Position numbers and translations under genes: made by a program. DNA of 64,000 bases from the NCBI GenBank assembly GCA_021414205.1, contig JAIOOW010000002.1, positions 215,062 to 279,061 of the forward strand, written 5' to 3'. The number at the start of each line of letters is the position of its first letter. The stretch's first letter is position 1. The notes below the pieces were generated by a model, which saw nothing but the letters and a program-made list of their open reading frames with translations, searched no databases and had not been told where the DNA came from. Shown in pieces: positions 8,905-18,021 of the stretch. Source of the DNA: Candidatus Anderseniibacteriota bacterium (GTDB taxonomy: Bacteria; Patescibacteriota; Andersenbacteria; UBA10190).

Positions 8905-9932
8905 AGAGAAACTACTGTTCGCAGCGCCAGCCCAAGTGCAGTTGCATATCGAACAGATTCTTGAATATTCAATGGGGCATGGGACCGCTCCTTGGCAGAC
9001 AAGATATTAACCCAAGGATTTCCGCGCTCCACATGAATATCTTCAAAATGATGCAAAAATGCCGTATCAAGCCCGGTTAAATTTGAACCTCCGCCTGTCA
9101 TAATAATTTCGCGAACCCTGTGATTCGCATCAATACTGTTATAAAAATCCACAACCCCCTTAATGTCTAGCACCAGCTTGTCGAGCCCTGGCTCAAGCTG
9201 AGGAGTAACCCGCTCAAGCAAGTCAGCTGGAATATTCTGCAAATTCTGCATTAGCTGCTCTCGATCTTGCACGGAAAGTCCTGCTGCTAAATTTTTCACG
9301 CCTTGTTGCAAGCTGGCCGTAAACCTGCTTGCACCTACATCATGCACAATAACATTCGTGGACGTACTTCCGACGTCGACAATAATCACTCCTTGCTTGC
9401 CATATAGCTCCGGCGAGATGAGCGCGCGCACTATTGCTTGGCTCTCCAATTCAAAGGCGGCAACATCTAGCCCAATATCCATTATCACCTCATATAACGG
9501 ATCCACTACTTTTTTCTGGGCAGCGCCCACCTGAACTTCCCTCTTTCCTTCCGCTACCTTATGACCACTGTCCTCGAGAGCCTGCCAATCGATATATACA
9601 CTATCTACGCTAAATGGAATATGCTGAGCAATTTCAAATCGGATCGCCTCCTCAACCTCATCGTCCGACATGTTCGGTAATTCAATAACACGCAAAAACG
9701 ACTGAGTCTCTGGAATAGATACAACAACGGTATCTTTTTTTGAACTATTGATCCTGCAAGAAGATAGCGCCTTCTCAACTGCTTCCTGCATAGCTTTTTT
9801 ATTAATGACAACGCCATTCTCAATAACTCCGGCTGGAATAGTATAAATACATTTTGCAAGCAGGCGACGCACGCTTCCATCGGAAAGCTGCGCGATCTTT
9901 ATCGTTTGATCCGATATGTCTAAACCAATCAT
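8901..9932 (-). CDS. pilM: type IV pilus assembly ATPase-fold protein PilM
   Basis: MIGLDISDQTIKIAQL... actin-like fold matches the PilM family; start taken as the internal ATG at 9932 because the upstream extension overlaps the preceding gene. Confidence 0.85.
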   Translation of the reverse strand: MIGLDISDQTIKIAQLSDGSVRRLLAKCIYTIPAGVIENGVVINKKAMQEAVEKALSSCRINSSKKDTVVVSIPETQSFLRVIELPNMSDDEVEEAIRFEIAQHIPFSVDSVYIDWQALEDSGHKVAEGKREVQVGAAQKKVVDPLYEVIMDIGLDVAAFELESQAIVRALISPELYGKQGVIIVDVGSTSTNVIVHDVGASRFTASLQQGVKNLAAGLSVQDREQLMQNLQNIPADLLERVTPQLEPGLDKLVLDIKGVVDFYNSIDANHRVREIIMTGGGSNLTGLDTAFLHHFEDIHVERGNPWVNILSAKERSHAPLNIQESVRYATALGLALRTVVSL

Positions 9933-9951
9933 AGGATGTATACCTATTGTA

Positions 9952-11322
9952 CTATTTTTGCTGCCAAGACAGAAACTGATATTCCCCTGTTGTCGGAAAA
10001 TACGGAGGGGGACCGTACAGTAAATTCGAATCATACGAAGACGTTCCGCTTTGATATCCTCCTATAACTGCATTGCTCCCATTCACCCATGTAGTAACTG
10101 GTACGAGATTGCTTGCTACCATTCCATACGTAGTAATAGAGTTTCGCAATATATAAGATCCAGTATTGTAATATCGTCGGCCAAACCTGCCATGCTGCGC
10201 TACGAACGCTCCATCCATTTCTAGGTTATTTGCCGCACCGGAATTCGGAATAAGTACATTGCCTTGCGACACCGCGCCGAACTCGCGTGTGCCGTCTTTG
10301 ACGCCGCCATACGTAACACTTCCGTTTATAATAATATCCGTATAGGTACTTGGGTTTTCCGGAAACTTTCCCGATGCAATAGTTACCCTGCTTGCAACAG
10401 TACCCTCAACCCACACAGAATCCTCAAAAAACAATATCCCGCCAGATGGAACAGTTGCCGACGTAACCAGGGACTCCTTCTTAATATCATACGAGGAGCT
10501 CACCCAGCCATCATCAGGGAAATAAGAAGAGATGTTGGATTGCTTACTCGTTACTTTATACAGTGAGTACGTATTATTCGAGTTAAATACAATATGGTAC
10601 CCATATCCTCCAGATGAGCCAAAATACGTATTCGCAGATTGAGCAGCTGCTTTCATGGAAACCAAATCCGCAGTAAGCCCGGCATAATCTACTGAAGAAA
10701 CAGGATATTGCCACAAGGCACTGTTTCCGCCGGACCCCCATACTCCTGGTTTCGTAGGATTCCCGCTGCATCCTTGTGTTGATTTGCACGTATATGTCGC
10801 CTTCGCACTTGTCATCGTGCTATCCGACTGACCATCCATGCGAATTCCGCCATTCGAATGCACTGCCCCCGAAATTGTTTCACCAAACCAAACATCGTCA
10901 TTGAGCAGCATTGCATATTTCGCAAATGACGGCTTTCCGTACGTTGCCTGCAATGTCACATCGCGAACCGGCGCAGTGGCCGTGTGACCAACAGATGTGA
11001 TTTGCACAATAGTGCTCCCATTTTGGGGAGGGACAAATGTAAGCGTATATGTTCCCAACACACCCTTTAGCTGATCGTATACCTGGTTTTGAACAGAGGA
11101 AAAATCGTTTCCGTTATGTGCCAAGCGCCATCGAGCATAATTCAATCCTGATTCCGCAACTTGAAATGCAGTTTCGTCTTGCGCCGTGAGCCCCCCTTGC
11201 TGATACTGCTGATTCGTCACTCCACCCAGCGACACGAACATCACACCGATCATCATGACCAGCACAACCATCATAATTAAAATCGAACCGGATTGTTTTT
11301 GCTTGCTCAGATTTATCTCCAT
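9952..11322 (-). CDS. large PilX-N-domain-like pilus-associated secreted protein (456 aa)
   Basis: N-terminal hydrophobic anchor then AFQVAESGLNYARWRL (PilX N-terminal-like); Ser/Thr/Gly/Asn-rich beta-rich remainder. Confidence 0.55.
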   Translation of the reverse strand: MEINLSKQKQSGSILIMMVVLVMMIGVMFVSLGGVTNQQYQQGGLTAQDETAFQVAESGLNYARWRLAHNGNDFSSVQNQVYDQLKGVLGTYTLTFVPPQNGSTIVQITSVGHTATAPVRDVTLQATYGKPSFAKYAMLLNDDVWFGETISGAVHSNGGIRMDGQSDSTMTSAKATYTCKSTQGCSGNPTKPGVWGSGGNSALWQYPVSSVDYAGLTADLVSMKAAAQSANTYFGSSGGYGYHIVFNSNNTYSLYKVTSKQSNISSYFPDDGWVSSSYDIKKESLVTSATVPSGGILFFEDSVWVEGTVASRVTIASGKFPENPSTYTDIIINGSVTYGGVKDGTREFGAVSQGNVLIPNSGAANNLEMDGAFVAQHGRFGRRYYNTGSYILRNSITTYGMVASNLVPVTTWVNGSNAVIGGYQSGTSSYDSNLLYGPPPYFPTTGEYQFLSWQQK

Positions 11323-12641
11323 GATGGAATGCTAAACAGCATCGTTTGCCAAAATGGCGGAATCGGATAGCCATATGTAAGAGGACTGATATACAAAAAT
11401 CCCAAGAATATAACGATACATGCCGTAATCACAAATTCTTTTTTGCGCACCACATGCTTATCCATCCACCAAATGGCAATAATGATCGAAAACACTAGTG
11501 GCGTAAGATAATGATATAAAAACAGTACGCGAGGAACGCGCATAAGTGGAACATACGCCCAGAGATAACCTACAATCATCAGCCAGACGTATCCCGAATT
11601 CTTGATAGATATTTTTTTCCTTTGAATACCCGATACGATCATAGCAAGCATCGCAATGCAGAAAAATATGAATCCCCCCCACCACACTGCCGGATTACCC
11701 AATAGGTACACAAACTGATTCCCGGAATTTCCTTGCCAATAAAATACCGGACGAATCATAAACGGCCACGTCCACCATTTACTTCCATATGGATGCCCGG
11801 CCGTTAAATTATAGTTTGCAGAAATCATTTCTTGGTGAATAGAGATAATGTCTTGTGCAAAATTTCCTGTTGGAACCCCCCATACATCCCCAGAGCCCGG
11901 AAGAGTAAGTATTGAAAAATGAATTGCCCAAGCACCTAGATACACCACTATTGCACACACTCCCACGATAATCGCCTTTGCTGCCCACGATGCGACTACT
12001 ACCCTTTTTTTCTTCCACGCTTCAACAATCCACAATATAATCACAAGCCCCCCTGCAATAAGGCCGGTAAATTTTATTCCCATAGAAGCGCCTGCCAGGA
12101 TTCCCGTAAGAATTACAAATATCCATGATGCTAGCTTGCTACGGACCTTAATGCTCGCAATTGCCGATGCAATAGTCCCAAACGTTGCAACAAGCAGAAT
12201 GTTATCCATCAAAATAAATCTAGATTCAACGATGAGTGCATTATCGAGCGCAATGGCAACGCCACCTAACAACGCAAACAATCTTGAGACATTCATCAGA
12301 CGCAACAATATAAATATCACTCCTGCTAATACCGTCCCAAATAATGCGGGTACCAACCGAATGCCCGCAATAGGAACGTTCGTGAACGGCTGACCAATAT
12401 ACTCAAATGGAAACAAGCCGTTATACCCAGACAGGTACGCTCCAAATGCTATAACTAATTTTCCAATCGGTGGATGAATATCGAAAAATCGCTCATGCGT
12501 ACAACAGTATGCAGAAACAAATTTTCCAAAATGCACTTCATCAAATACGACTTGCGGGATATACGACAAAAACAACACACGAGCAAGCAGCGCAACTATA
12601 ACAACAACTAGTACTGCCAGAATGTCTTTTTTAGTAATCAT
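11313..12641 (-). CDS. dolichyl/polyprenyl-phosphate-mannose protein O-mannosyltransferase (PMT family, GT39, GT-C fold)
   Basis: DEVHFGKF loop-1 motif after the first TM; polytopic about 440 aa typical of bacterial PMT. Confidence 0.75.
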   Translation of the reverse strand: MITKKDILAVLVVVIVALLARVLFLSYIPQVVFDEVHFGKFVSAYCCTHERFFDIHPPIGKLVIAFGAYLSGYNGLFPFEYIGQPFTNVPIAGIRLVPALFGTVLAGVIFILLRLMNVSRLFALLGGVAIALDNALIVESRFILMDNILLVATFGTIASAIASIKVRSKLASWIFVILTGILAGASMGIKFTGLIAGGLVIILWIVEAWKKKRVVVASWAAKAIIVGVCAIVVYLGAWAIHFSILTLPGSGDVWGVPTGNFAQDIISIHQEMISANYNLTAGHPYGSKWWTWPFMIRPVFYWQGNSGNQFVYLLGNPAVWWGGFIFFCIAMLAMIVSGIQRKKISIKNSGYVWLMIVGYLWAYVPLMRVPRVLFLYHYLTPLVFSIIIAIWWMDKHVVRKKEFVITACIVIFLGFLYISPLTYGYPIPPFWQTMLFSIPSWR

Positions 12642-13228
12642 AGATTTGTTTTAAGATTCCTAAGCTGAACTTGCGATTGAAGGGTAACTGCTGGCGGATC
12701 CTGGGTAGTATCCGCATCAATGGTAAGGGTAAATGAAATATACGTAATACTCGCAATGTTCGTTCCCGATACCTGGGATTGGTTCGTAGGATAGTTACTT
12801 CCATAATAGTAAAATACTGGATTTGCGCCATTTCGAACAGACCGAGCAATGGTGGTTACTTTCTCCTGAGCAGTATTATAGGTAGCCGGGCTTCCACTTG
12901 GCTTTGTAACCCCTCGAACTAAATCGGTTCCGACGAGCTCGTATCTGATTCGCTCAATCGACGCGTCGCTATCTGCATTTGCATAAAAAATAAAACGCGA
13001 CGACGATGCTTCTATAATAGGAAATGCCCCTGTATCTGACGGCTGAGCAGAACGAATTTCGTGGGTCATTCTCTTTAATTGCACACGAGCAGTTTCATCT
13101 GCAAGCTCTTGTTCAAACGTCGACCGATATATCGGCAAGGCGCCTGCCATAAATCGGATAAGCCCCATAATAAGCAAACTTGATATGGCAATTACTACCA
13201 CTACTTCAACTAATGTAAACCCTTTCAT
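12638..13228 (-). CDS. type IV prepilin-like protein (class III signal peptide, 196 aa)
   Basis: MKG|FTLVEVVVVIAISSLL prepilin leader with G at -1 and hydrophobic helix. Confidence 0.8.
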   Translation of the reverse strand: MKGFTLVEVVVVIAISSLLIMGLIRFMAGALPIYRSTFEQELADETARVQLKRMTHEIRSAQPSDTGAFPIIEASSSRFIFYANADSDASIERIRYELVGTDLVRGVTKPSGSPATYNTAQEKVTTIARSVRNGANPVFYYYGSNYPTNQSQVSGTNIASITYISFTLTIDADTTQDPPAVTLQSQVQLRNLKTNL

Positions 13229-13229
13229 A

Positions 13230-14549
13230 TCAAGAACCTGCCAACTGAATAGTACTATTCACATTCCCATCAACCGTAATAGTGCCCGTATACACTTGGT
13301 ATCCGCTCGCAGTAGCAGTTACGGCATAATCGCCAGATTGCGTCATCGTATTCAAGAACACCTGTCCAGTTGCACCTGTTTGCTTGGTTACATCAAACCC
13401 GTTTTTAACCACCTCGACCGCAACACCAGATACTGACTGCCCGCTCGCATTTACAACAGTTATATGCGCAGACAATGCCTGATGCGGCATCAAGGTTACC
13501 GTAAGCGTAGTATCATCGCCAGGCTTCAACACAAGAGGAACAGGCACGCTTGTATCAGAAATATCATATCCTGTTGCAGTACCGTCAACTGAAAGCGCAT
13601 ATGAATCCCACGTCATGTTTTGATACGCAATGGATCCGCCGGAATCAGTGGTGTCATTGTGAGAGAACAGATATACGGGTTGCGCAGTTGCGTCTGTCCC
13701 AATTTTCTTTGTCCCAGTAATACTAAATGGGACAGATCCCAAGGCAGCCCCATTCTGATCCACCGTCTTAATTGTAAGCTTGCTTGAGGCGTCTATCGCA
13801 AATGTTTTATTCGTCACCGATCCGGCAATTGCATTCAGTCGAGAATGGTCGGCATCAGGAGTAAAATTAGCAGAAGATGCATAAGTTTGTTCTGTTGTAT
13901 ACCCCGACTTCGAAACGGTTAACTGATATGTGCCAGAGGAAACTGGTAAACCAGGTATAACGACTTGCCCACTGGAGTTTGTATATGTTGTAAGATTAAC
14001 AGTCGGCGTCACGGAGCTATTCGTAAGCTGCACAGTAGCTGAATCGACTCCTGTTCCCGCAGAATTCAACGCCTGAAACACTAACGTACCAAGCGAATCA
14101 CCACCCTCGATACCGCTCGGAGCGACCTGTGCGATGAGCAATACTGATCTGCTTGGCAAAGAGCTGGCCCACGTAACCTCCACTCGAGCCTGTTTATAAT
14201 CCGTATTGACCGTGTCCGGGGGATTACTCGTTGCAGTTCCATCATATGAATCGTCGATGTATCGTATATCGGTTGCGACTGTAAACGTTTGGCCGTTTCT
14301 GGTAACTTGCTGTGTCTGAGGAATAGAACCTGACGGTATTCCACCAACGGTTCCAACGCTTGCATAGGGCAAATTACGAATCTGCTCCATTTTCTCATTC
14401 GCCAGTCCAGTAGCAATAATGCGCAACTGACCGTCATGCGAAGCTTTTAATGTAAGCGTGATCATGGAAAAGATACCGACAACTACCGTTCCGAGCACAA
14501 ACCCCGCAATAACAACTTCTAGCAATGTAAACCCAGATTTAGATGACAT
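13230..14549 (-). CDS. large prepilin-like protein (439 aa) with Ig-like/carboxypeptidase-regulatory-like repeats
   Basis: MSSKSG|FTLLEVVIAGFVL class III leader; Thr/Ser-rich beta-domains (SGYTTEQTY, SGYQVYTGTITV). Confidence 0.75.
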   Translation of the reverse strand: MSSKSGFTLLEVVIAGFVLGTVVVGIFSMITLTLKASHDGQLRIIATGLANEKMEQIRNLPYASVGTVGGIPSGSIPQTQQVTRNGQTFTVATDIRYIDDSYDGTATSNPPDTVNTDYKQARVEVTWASSLPSRSVLLIAQVAPSGIEGGDSLGTLVFQALNSAGTGVDSATVQLTNSSVTPTVNLTTYTNSSGQVVIPGLPVSSGTYQLTVSKSGYTTEQTYASSANFTPDADHSRLNAIAGSVTNKTFAIDASSKLTIKTVDQNGAALGSVPFSITGTKKIGTDATAQPVYLFSHNDTTDSGGSIAYQNMTWDSYALSVDGTATGYDISDTSVPVPLVLKPGDDTTLTVTLMPHQALSAHITVVNASGQSVSGVAVEVVKNGFDVTKQTGATGQVFLNTMTQSGDYAVTATASGYQVYTGTITVDGNVNSTIQLAGS

Positions 14550-15750
14550 TCACCAAACTATAAATAGGAGAAATAATTGATATTGCCAATGCCCCTACCG
14601 CAAGCCCAATCGCAATCATCAACACCGGCTCCATAATCGATGTGAGGTTTTTCATCGTTTGATCTACTTCACCTTCATAAAACGACGCAACCTCCTTCAG
14701 CACTTCTGCGAGCTCTCCTGTTTGTTCGCCAACACTCATAATACTCACCACAAGAGGAGGAAACAATCTCGCATAATTCAAAAAATAATCGCTCAATAAA
14801 TTGCCTTTCTTTACATGTTCCTCAGCTCCAATAAAAATGCTGGCATACACAGGATTCGCAGTATTTTTTCCCATAATAAGCAACGCTTCCGTAAATGCCA
14901 CTCCGCTCGATAATAATGAACTTAAGTTTCTACTCAAGCGAGCTACGTTTATCTGTTTTATAATCGGACCAACCACCGGAGAGATCAAGAATGCTCTTGC
15001 AATAAGCATACGGCCCGATGTCGTCGTTGACATGAGGCGGAATCCAATACTAAGAAGTACGCACACGCCCAGCGCAATGTACCAATAGGAGGAAATCCAT
15101 GAACTGGTGCCCAACAATATGCGGGTCATTAACGGCAACTGAACGTGAAATCCATTAAAGATATCTACCAGCTTTGGTACAACGAAAATCATCATTGCGG
15201 CCCCCACTGAAAAAAGCGCCGTAATGATGACGGCCGGATACATCATCCCGCCCTGAATCGCTCTGCGCAATTCAAATTCTTTTTGAAGCTGCAACGCTAA
15301 TATCTCCAGCGTTTCTTGCAATTTTCCCGTTGCTTCTCCAACGCCCACAAAACTTACGAATAGGCTTGGAAATGCTTTAGGGTATGGTCGCATACTTTCC
15401 GAAAGCGTCTTTCCCTTTTCAATTCCTTCCACCACGCTTGTAATGGAGTTTTTCAACGTTAGATTTTTCGTCTGGTTTTTCAGCGTTTCCAGCGACTGCT
15501 TCACATCAAGACCCGCTCGCAACATGAGCGCAAAATATCGTGCAAATAATACCCTTTCCAAAACAGGAACATGGGAAATGATGCCGTTTATAGACATCGC
15601 CGAAGATTCTTTATGCTCCTTATATGATGTCAGCAAAATCCCCTCTTTGAGCAAATCTTGCCCAAGTACCGCATGCGATACCGCATCGCGAACCCCTGTT
15701 GCGCGCTCCCCAGTCCTTGCATGCACTCCCTTAAAAATATACTGAGCCAT
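14539..15750 (-). CDS. pilC: type IV pilus platform protein PilC (GspF family)
   Basis: Two GspF repeats, 3-4 TM, 403 aa. Confidence 0.9.
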   Translation of the reverse strand: MAQYIFKGVHARTGERATGVRDAVSHAVLGQDLLKEGILLTSYKEHKESSAMSINGIISHVPVLERVLFARYFALMLRAGLDVKQSLETLKNQTKNLTLKNSITSVVEGIEKGKTLSESMRPYPKAFPSLFVSFVGVGEATGKLQETLEILALQLQKEFELRRAIQGGMMYPAVIITALFSVGAAMMIFVVPKLVDIFNGFHVQLPLMTRILLGTSSWISSYWYIALGVCVLLSIGFRLMSTTTSGRMLIARAFLISPVVGPIIKQINVARLSRNLSSLLSSGVAFTEALLIMGKNTANPVYASIFIGAEEHVKKGNLLSDYFLNYARLFPPLVVSIMSVGEQTGELAEVLKEVASFYEGEVDQTMKNLTSIMEPVLMIAIGLAVGALAISIISPIYSLVNVI

Positions 15751-15754
15751 ATAA

Positions 15755-17497
15755 TTATTCTTTTGCTACTCGAAGAACTTCTTCTAAACTGGTAATTCCG
15801 CGCGCTACCTTGATAATACCATCCTCTAACATGCTTACCATTCCCTGCTCTTCCCGGGCAGCTGTTTCAAGTTCATGAGCCGTGATATTTCCCGTGACCA
15901 TCTTTTGTAAAGATGGAGTCATTTCAAACATTTCATGGATTCCTTTCCTACTCTTGTATCCCTCATGACACCTGTCGCATCCCACAGCTTCGAATAACGA
16001 CACATCTTCCCATGTTCCGCCTCCTTGAACCACTCCCTCTTGTTTTAATAATTCAAGCATATGATCAGCATCGACAATATCCGCAATGCTTGTTTTCATA
16101 GCATCCGTTACGCGCACTTCTTTTTTACAAGAGTCGCATAATTGTCGAACCAATCGCTGCGCAACAACGACGTTGATTGTAGACGCAAGCAAGAATGGTT
16201 CCACTTTCATGTCCATTAATCGCGGAATTGCACCCGTAGCACTATTAGTATGCAATGTAGACAATACCAAATGGCCGGTTAAAGCAGCATTTACTGCCAA
16301 TGATGCAGTTTCTTGGTCTCGAATTTCTCCAACCATAATAATATCCGGATCTTGACGAACAAGCGCTCGCAAACCATTTGAAAACGTCAATCCGATTTTT
16401 GGCTGAACCTGAGTTTGGTTCACGCGCTTCATCCGATATTCAATCGGATCTTCTATGGTACTGATATTCACGTCTTTAGTATTGAGCTCTCGCAGTACTG
16501 CATACAACGTAGTCGTTTTTCCAGATCCCGTTGGACCTGTAACCAAAATCATTCCATTGGGCTTTGCAATATTGTTGCGAAACATGTCTATATTTCTTTT
16601 CGACAGCCCAATTCGATCTATCGTGAGTCCATTTCCCGATTCATCTAGCAGACGCATGACGATTTTTTCTCCATCGAATACCGGGAGCGTAGATACGCGA
16701 AACGCCACATTATAATCATCGCTCTCCATTTTAAAGCGACCATCCTGAGGCAGCCGGTGTTCGTCAATCTTTAAATTGCTTAAAATCTTTATGCGCGCAA
16801 CCACTCCAGCAAGCACCGTTTTTGGCAACACCATCATATCGTGCAATATCCCGTCTATACGATATCTCACAACAACGGCATCTTCAGTAGGCTCTATATG
16901 AATATCTGAAGCATCTTTTCCAATAGCATGCCGCAACACTGCATCAACTATTTTAATAATGGGCAGGTCTTCAGCAACCTTCGATAAATCAGTATCCGTA
17001 TTACTCATTCTTACTCCTCGAGCCTCTTTCATAATCTGATCAAGGTCCGCCTCCAGCGACCCTGCATATTTCGGAAACACGTCCCTAATCGCAGAAGAAC
17101 TTGCGATGCTTACGATAACTGCAACATCTACTTTTTTGTGAATAAACTCAATAATCTGCCGATCTGCCGGATCTTCCATTGCAATAAGTAATCCTGCGTC
17201 CGTTTTATCATACGCAATCACCATGTGCTGGCGCGCAGTAGATTCTGGAATAATTTCCAATACCTCTTTTTTTATTTGGATAGACCTCAAATCTACGTAT
17301 GAAAGGCTCATTGCATTTGCATATGCCTTTGCATAATCCTCTTCACCGACCGCAAATTTGCCAATCAGCGTATTCTTGAGCGTCTCTTTTCCTTCTTTTG
17401 CCTCCACAATTGCGCGCGCAGCATCTTCTGCAGAAATTTTCTGCAGCTCAACAAGGATATGCAATACTTTTTCGTCAACCCCCTCTGCCATACTCAC
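15755..17497 (-). CDS. pilB: type IV pilus assembly ATPase PilB (GspE family)
   Basis: Walker A GPTGSGKTT, GspE N-domain; GTG start, with an in-frame ATG at 17491 preceded by a TGCTATACT -10. Confidence 0.9.
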   Translation of the reverse strand: MSMAEGVDEKVLHILVELQKISAEDAARAIVEAKEGKETLKNTLIGKFAVGEEDYAKAYANAMSLSYVDLRSIQIKKEVLEIIPESTARQHMVIAYDKTDAGLLIAMEDPADRQIIEFIHKKVDVAVIVSIASSSAIRDVFPKYAGSLEADLDQIMKEARGVRMSNTDTDLSKVAEDLPIIKIVDAVLRHAIGKDASDIHIEPTEDAVVVRYRIDGILHDMMVLPKTVLAGVVARIKILSNLKIDEHRLPQDGRFKMESDDYNVAFRVSTLPVFDGEKIVMRLLDESGNGLTIDRIGLSKRNIDMFRNNIAKPNGMILVTGPTGSGKTTTLYAVLRELNTKDVNISTIEDPIEYRMKRVNQTQVQPKIGLTFSNGLRALVRQDPDIIMVGEIRDQETASLAVNAALTGHLVLSTLHTNSATGAIPRLMDMKVEPFLLASTINVVVAQRLVRQLCDSCKKEVRVTDAMKTSIADIVDADHMLELLKQEGVVQGGGTWEDVSLFEAVGCDRCHEGYKSRKGIHEMFEMTPSLQKMVTGNITAHELETAAREEQGMVSMLEDGIIKVARGITSLEEVLRVAKE

Positions 17498-17515
17498 TAG
17501 TATAGCAGATAGTGC

Positions 17516-17986
17516 TTACTGTACGGTAATTGTTGCGTGAAATGCTGCATGCAAATGGTCATGCATGCCGAACGTTCCAACTTTCACAAATGTAAATCGA
17601 TAAAAGTCGCCGGGCGCAAGCGCATGCTTTGAATCGAATCCTGGCAGATCAGTATGGATCGGGTGCGGATCGGACGCTGGCCAGTGAGGCGAAGTGCCCG
17701 TATTTTTAAACGTTATCGTTGTTCCAGATTTTACCGTAATAGCATTTGGGACAATTCCAGCATCAGTCATTTCAACAACCGGATTTTCCGCTGCCATTAC
17801 ATCAGGTGTTATACTTGGCGCTTGTTGCACCAAAACCCCCGACGGAGAAGACGACGGCTCAGACGTAGGATTGGCATGAATATTTATAGCCTCATCATCT
17901 TGCCCTCTATGACTCATAACGTAGGCACCTGCGCCTATAATAATAACGGCGATAATAAGTAACGATATTGTAGTTGATGTTTTCAT
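17516..17986 (-). CDS. secreted/anchored cupredoxin-fold-like protein lacking Cys
   Basis: N-terminal TM, Pro/Ser linker, beta-sandwich-like C-domain with His-rich motifs (HWPASDPHPIH, FGMHDHLH) but no cysteine. Confidence 0.45.
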   Translation of the reverse strand: MKTSTTISLLIIAVIIIGAGAYVMSHRGQDDEAINIHANPTSEPSSSPSGVLVQQAPSITPDVMAAENPVVEMTDAGIVPNAITVKSGTTITFKNTGTSPHWPASDPHPIHTDLPGFDSKHALAPGDFYRFTFVKVGTFGMHDHLHAAFHATITVQ

Positions 17987-18021
17987 ACAATAACTATACC
18001 CCCGTATGCTATACTTTGGCC

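Noticed and set aside
9605-16715. Antisense or embedded track ORFs inside the pil genes (9605-9880, 14081-14437, 14801-15088, 15443-15745, 15913-16715)
   Set aside because: All lie antisense to or inside strongly supported PilM, pilin, PilC and PilB coding sequences and have low-complexity, Arg/Cys-rich translations.
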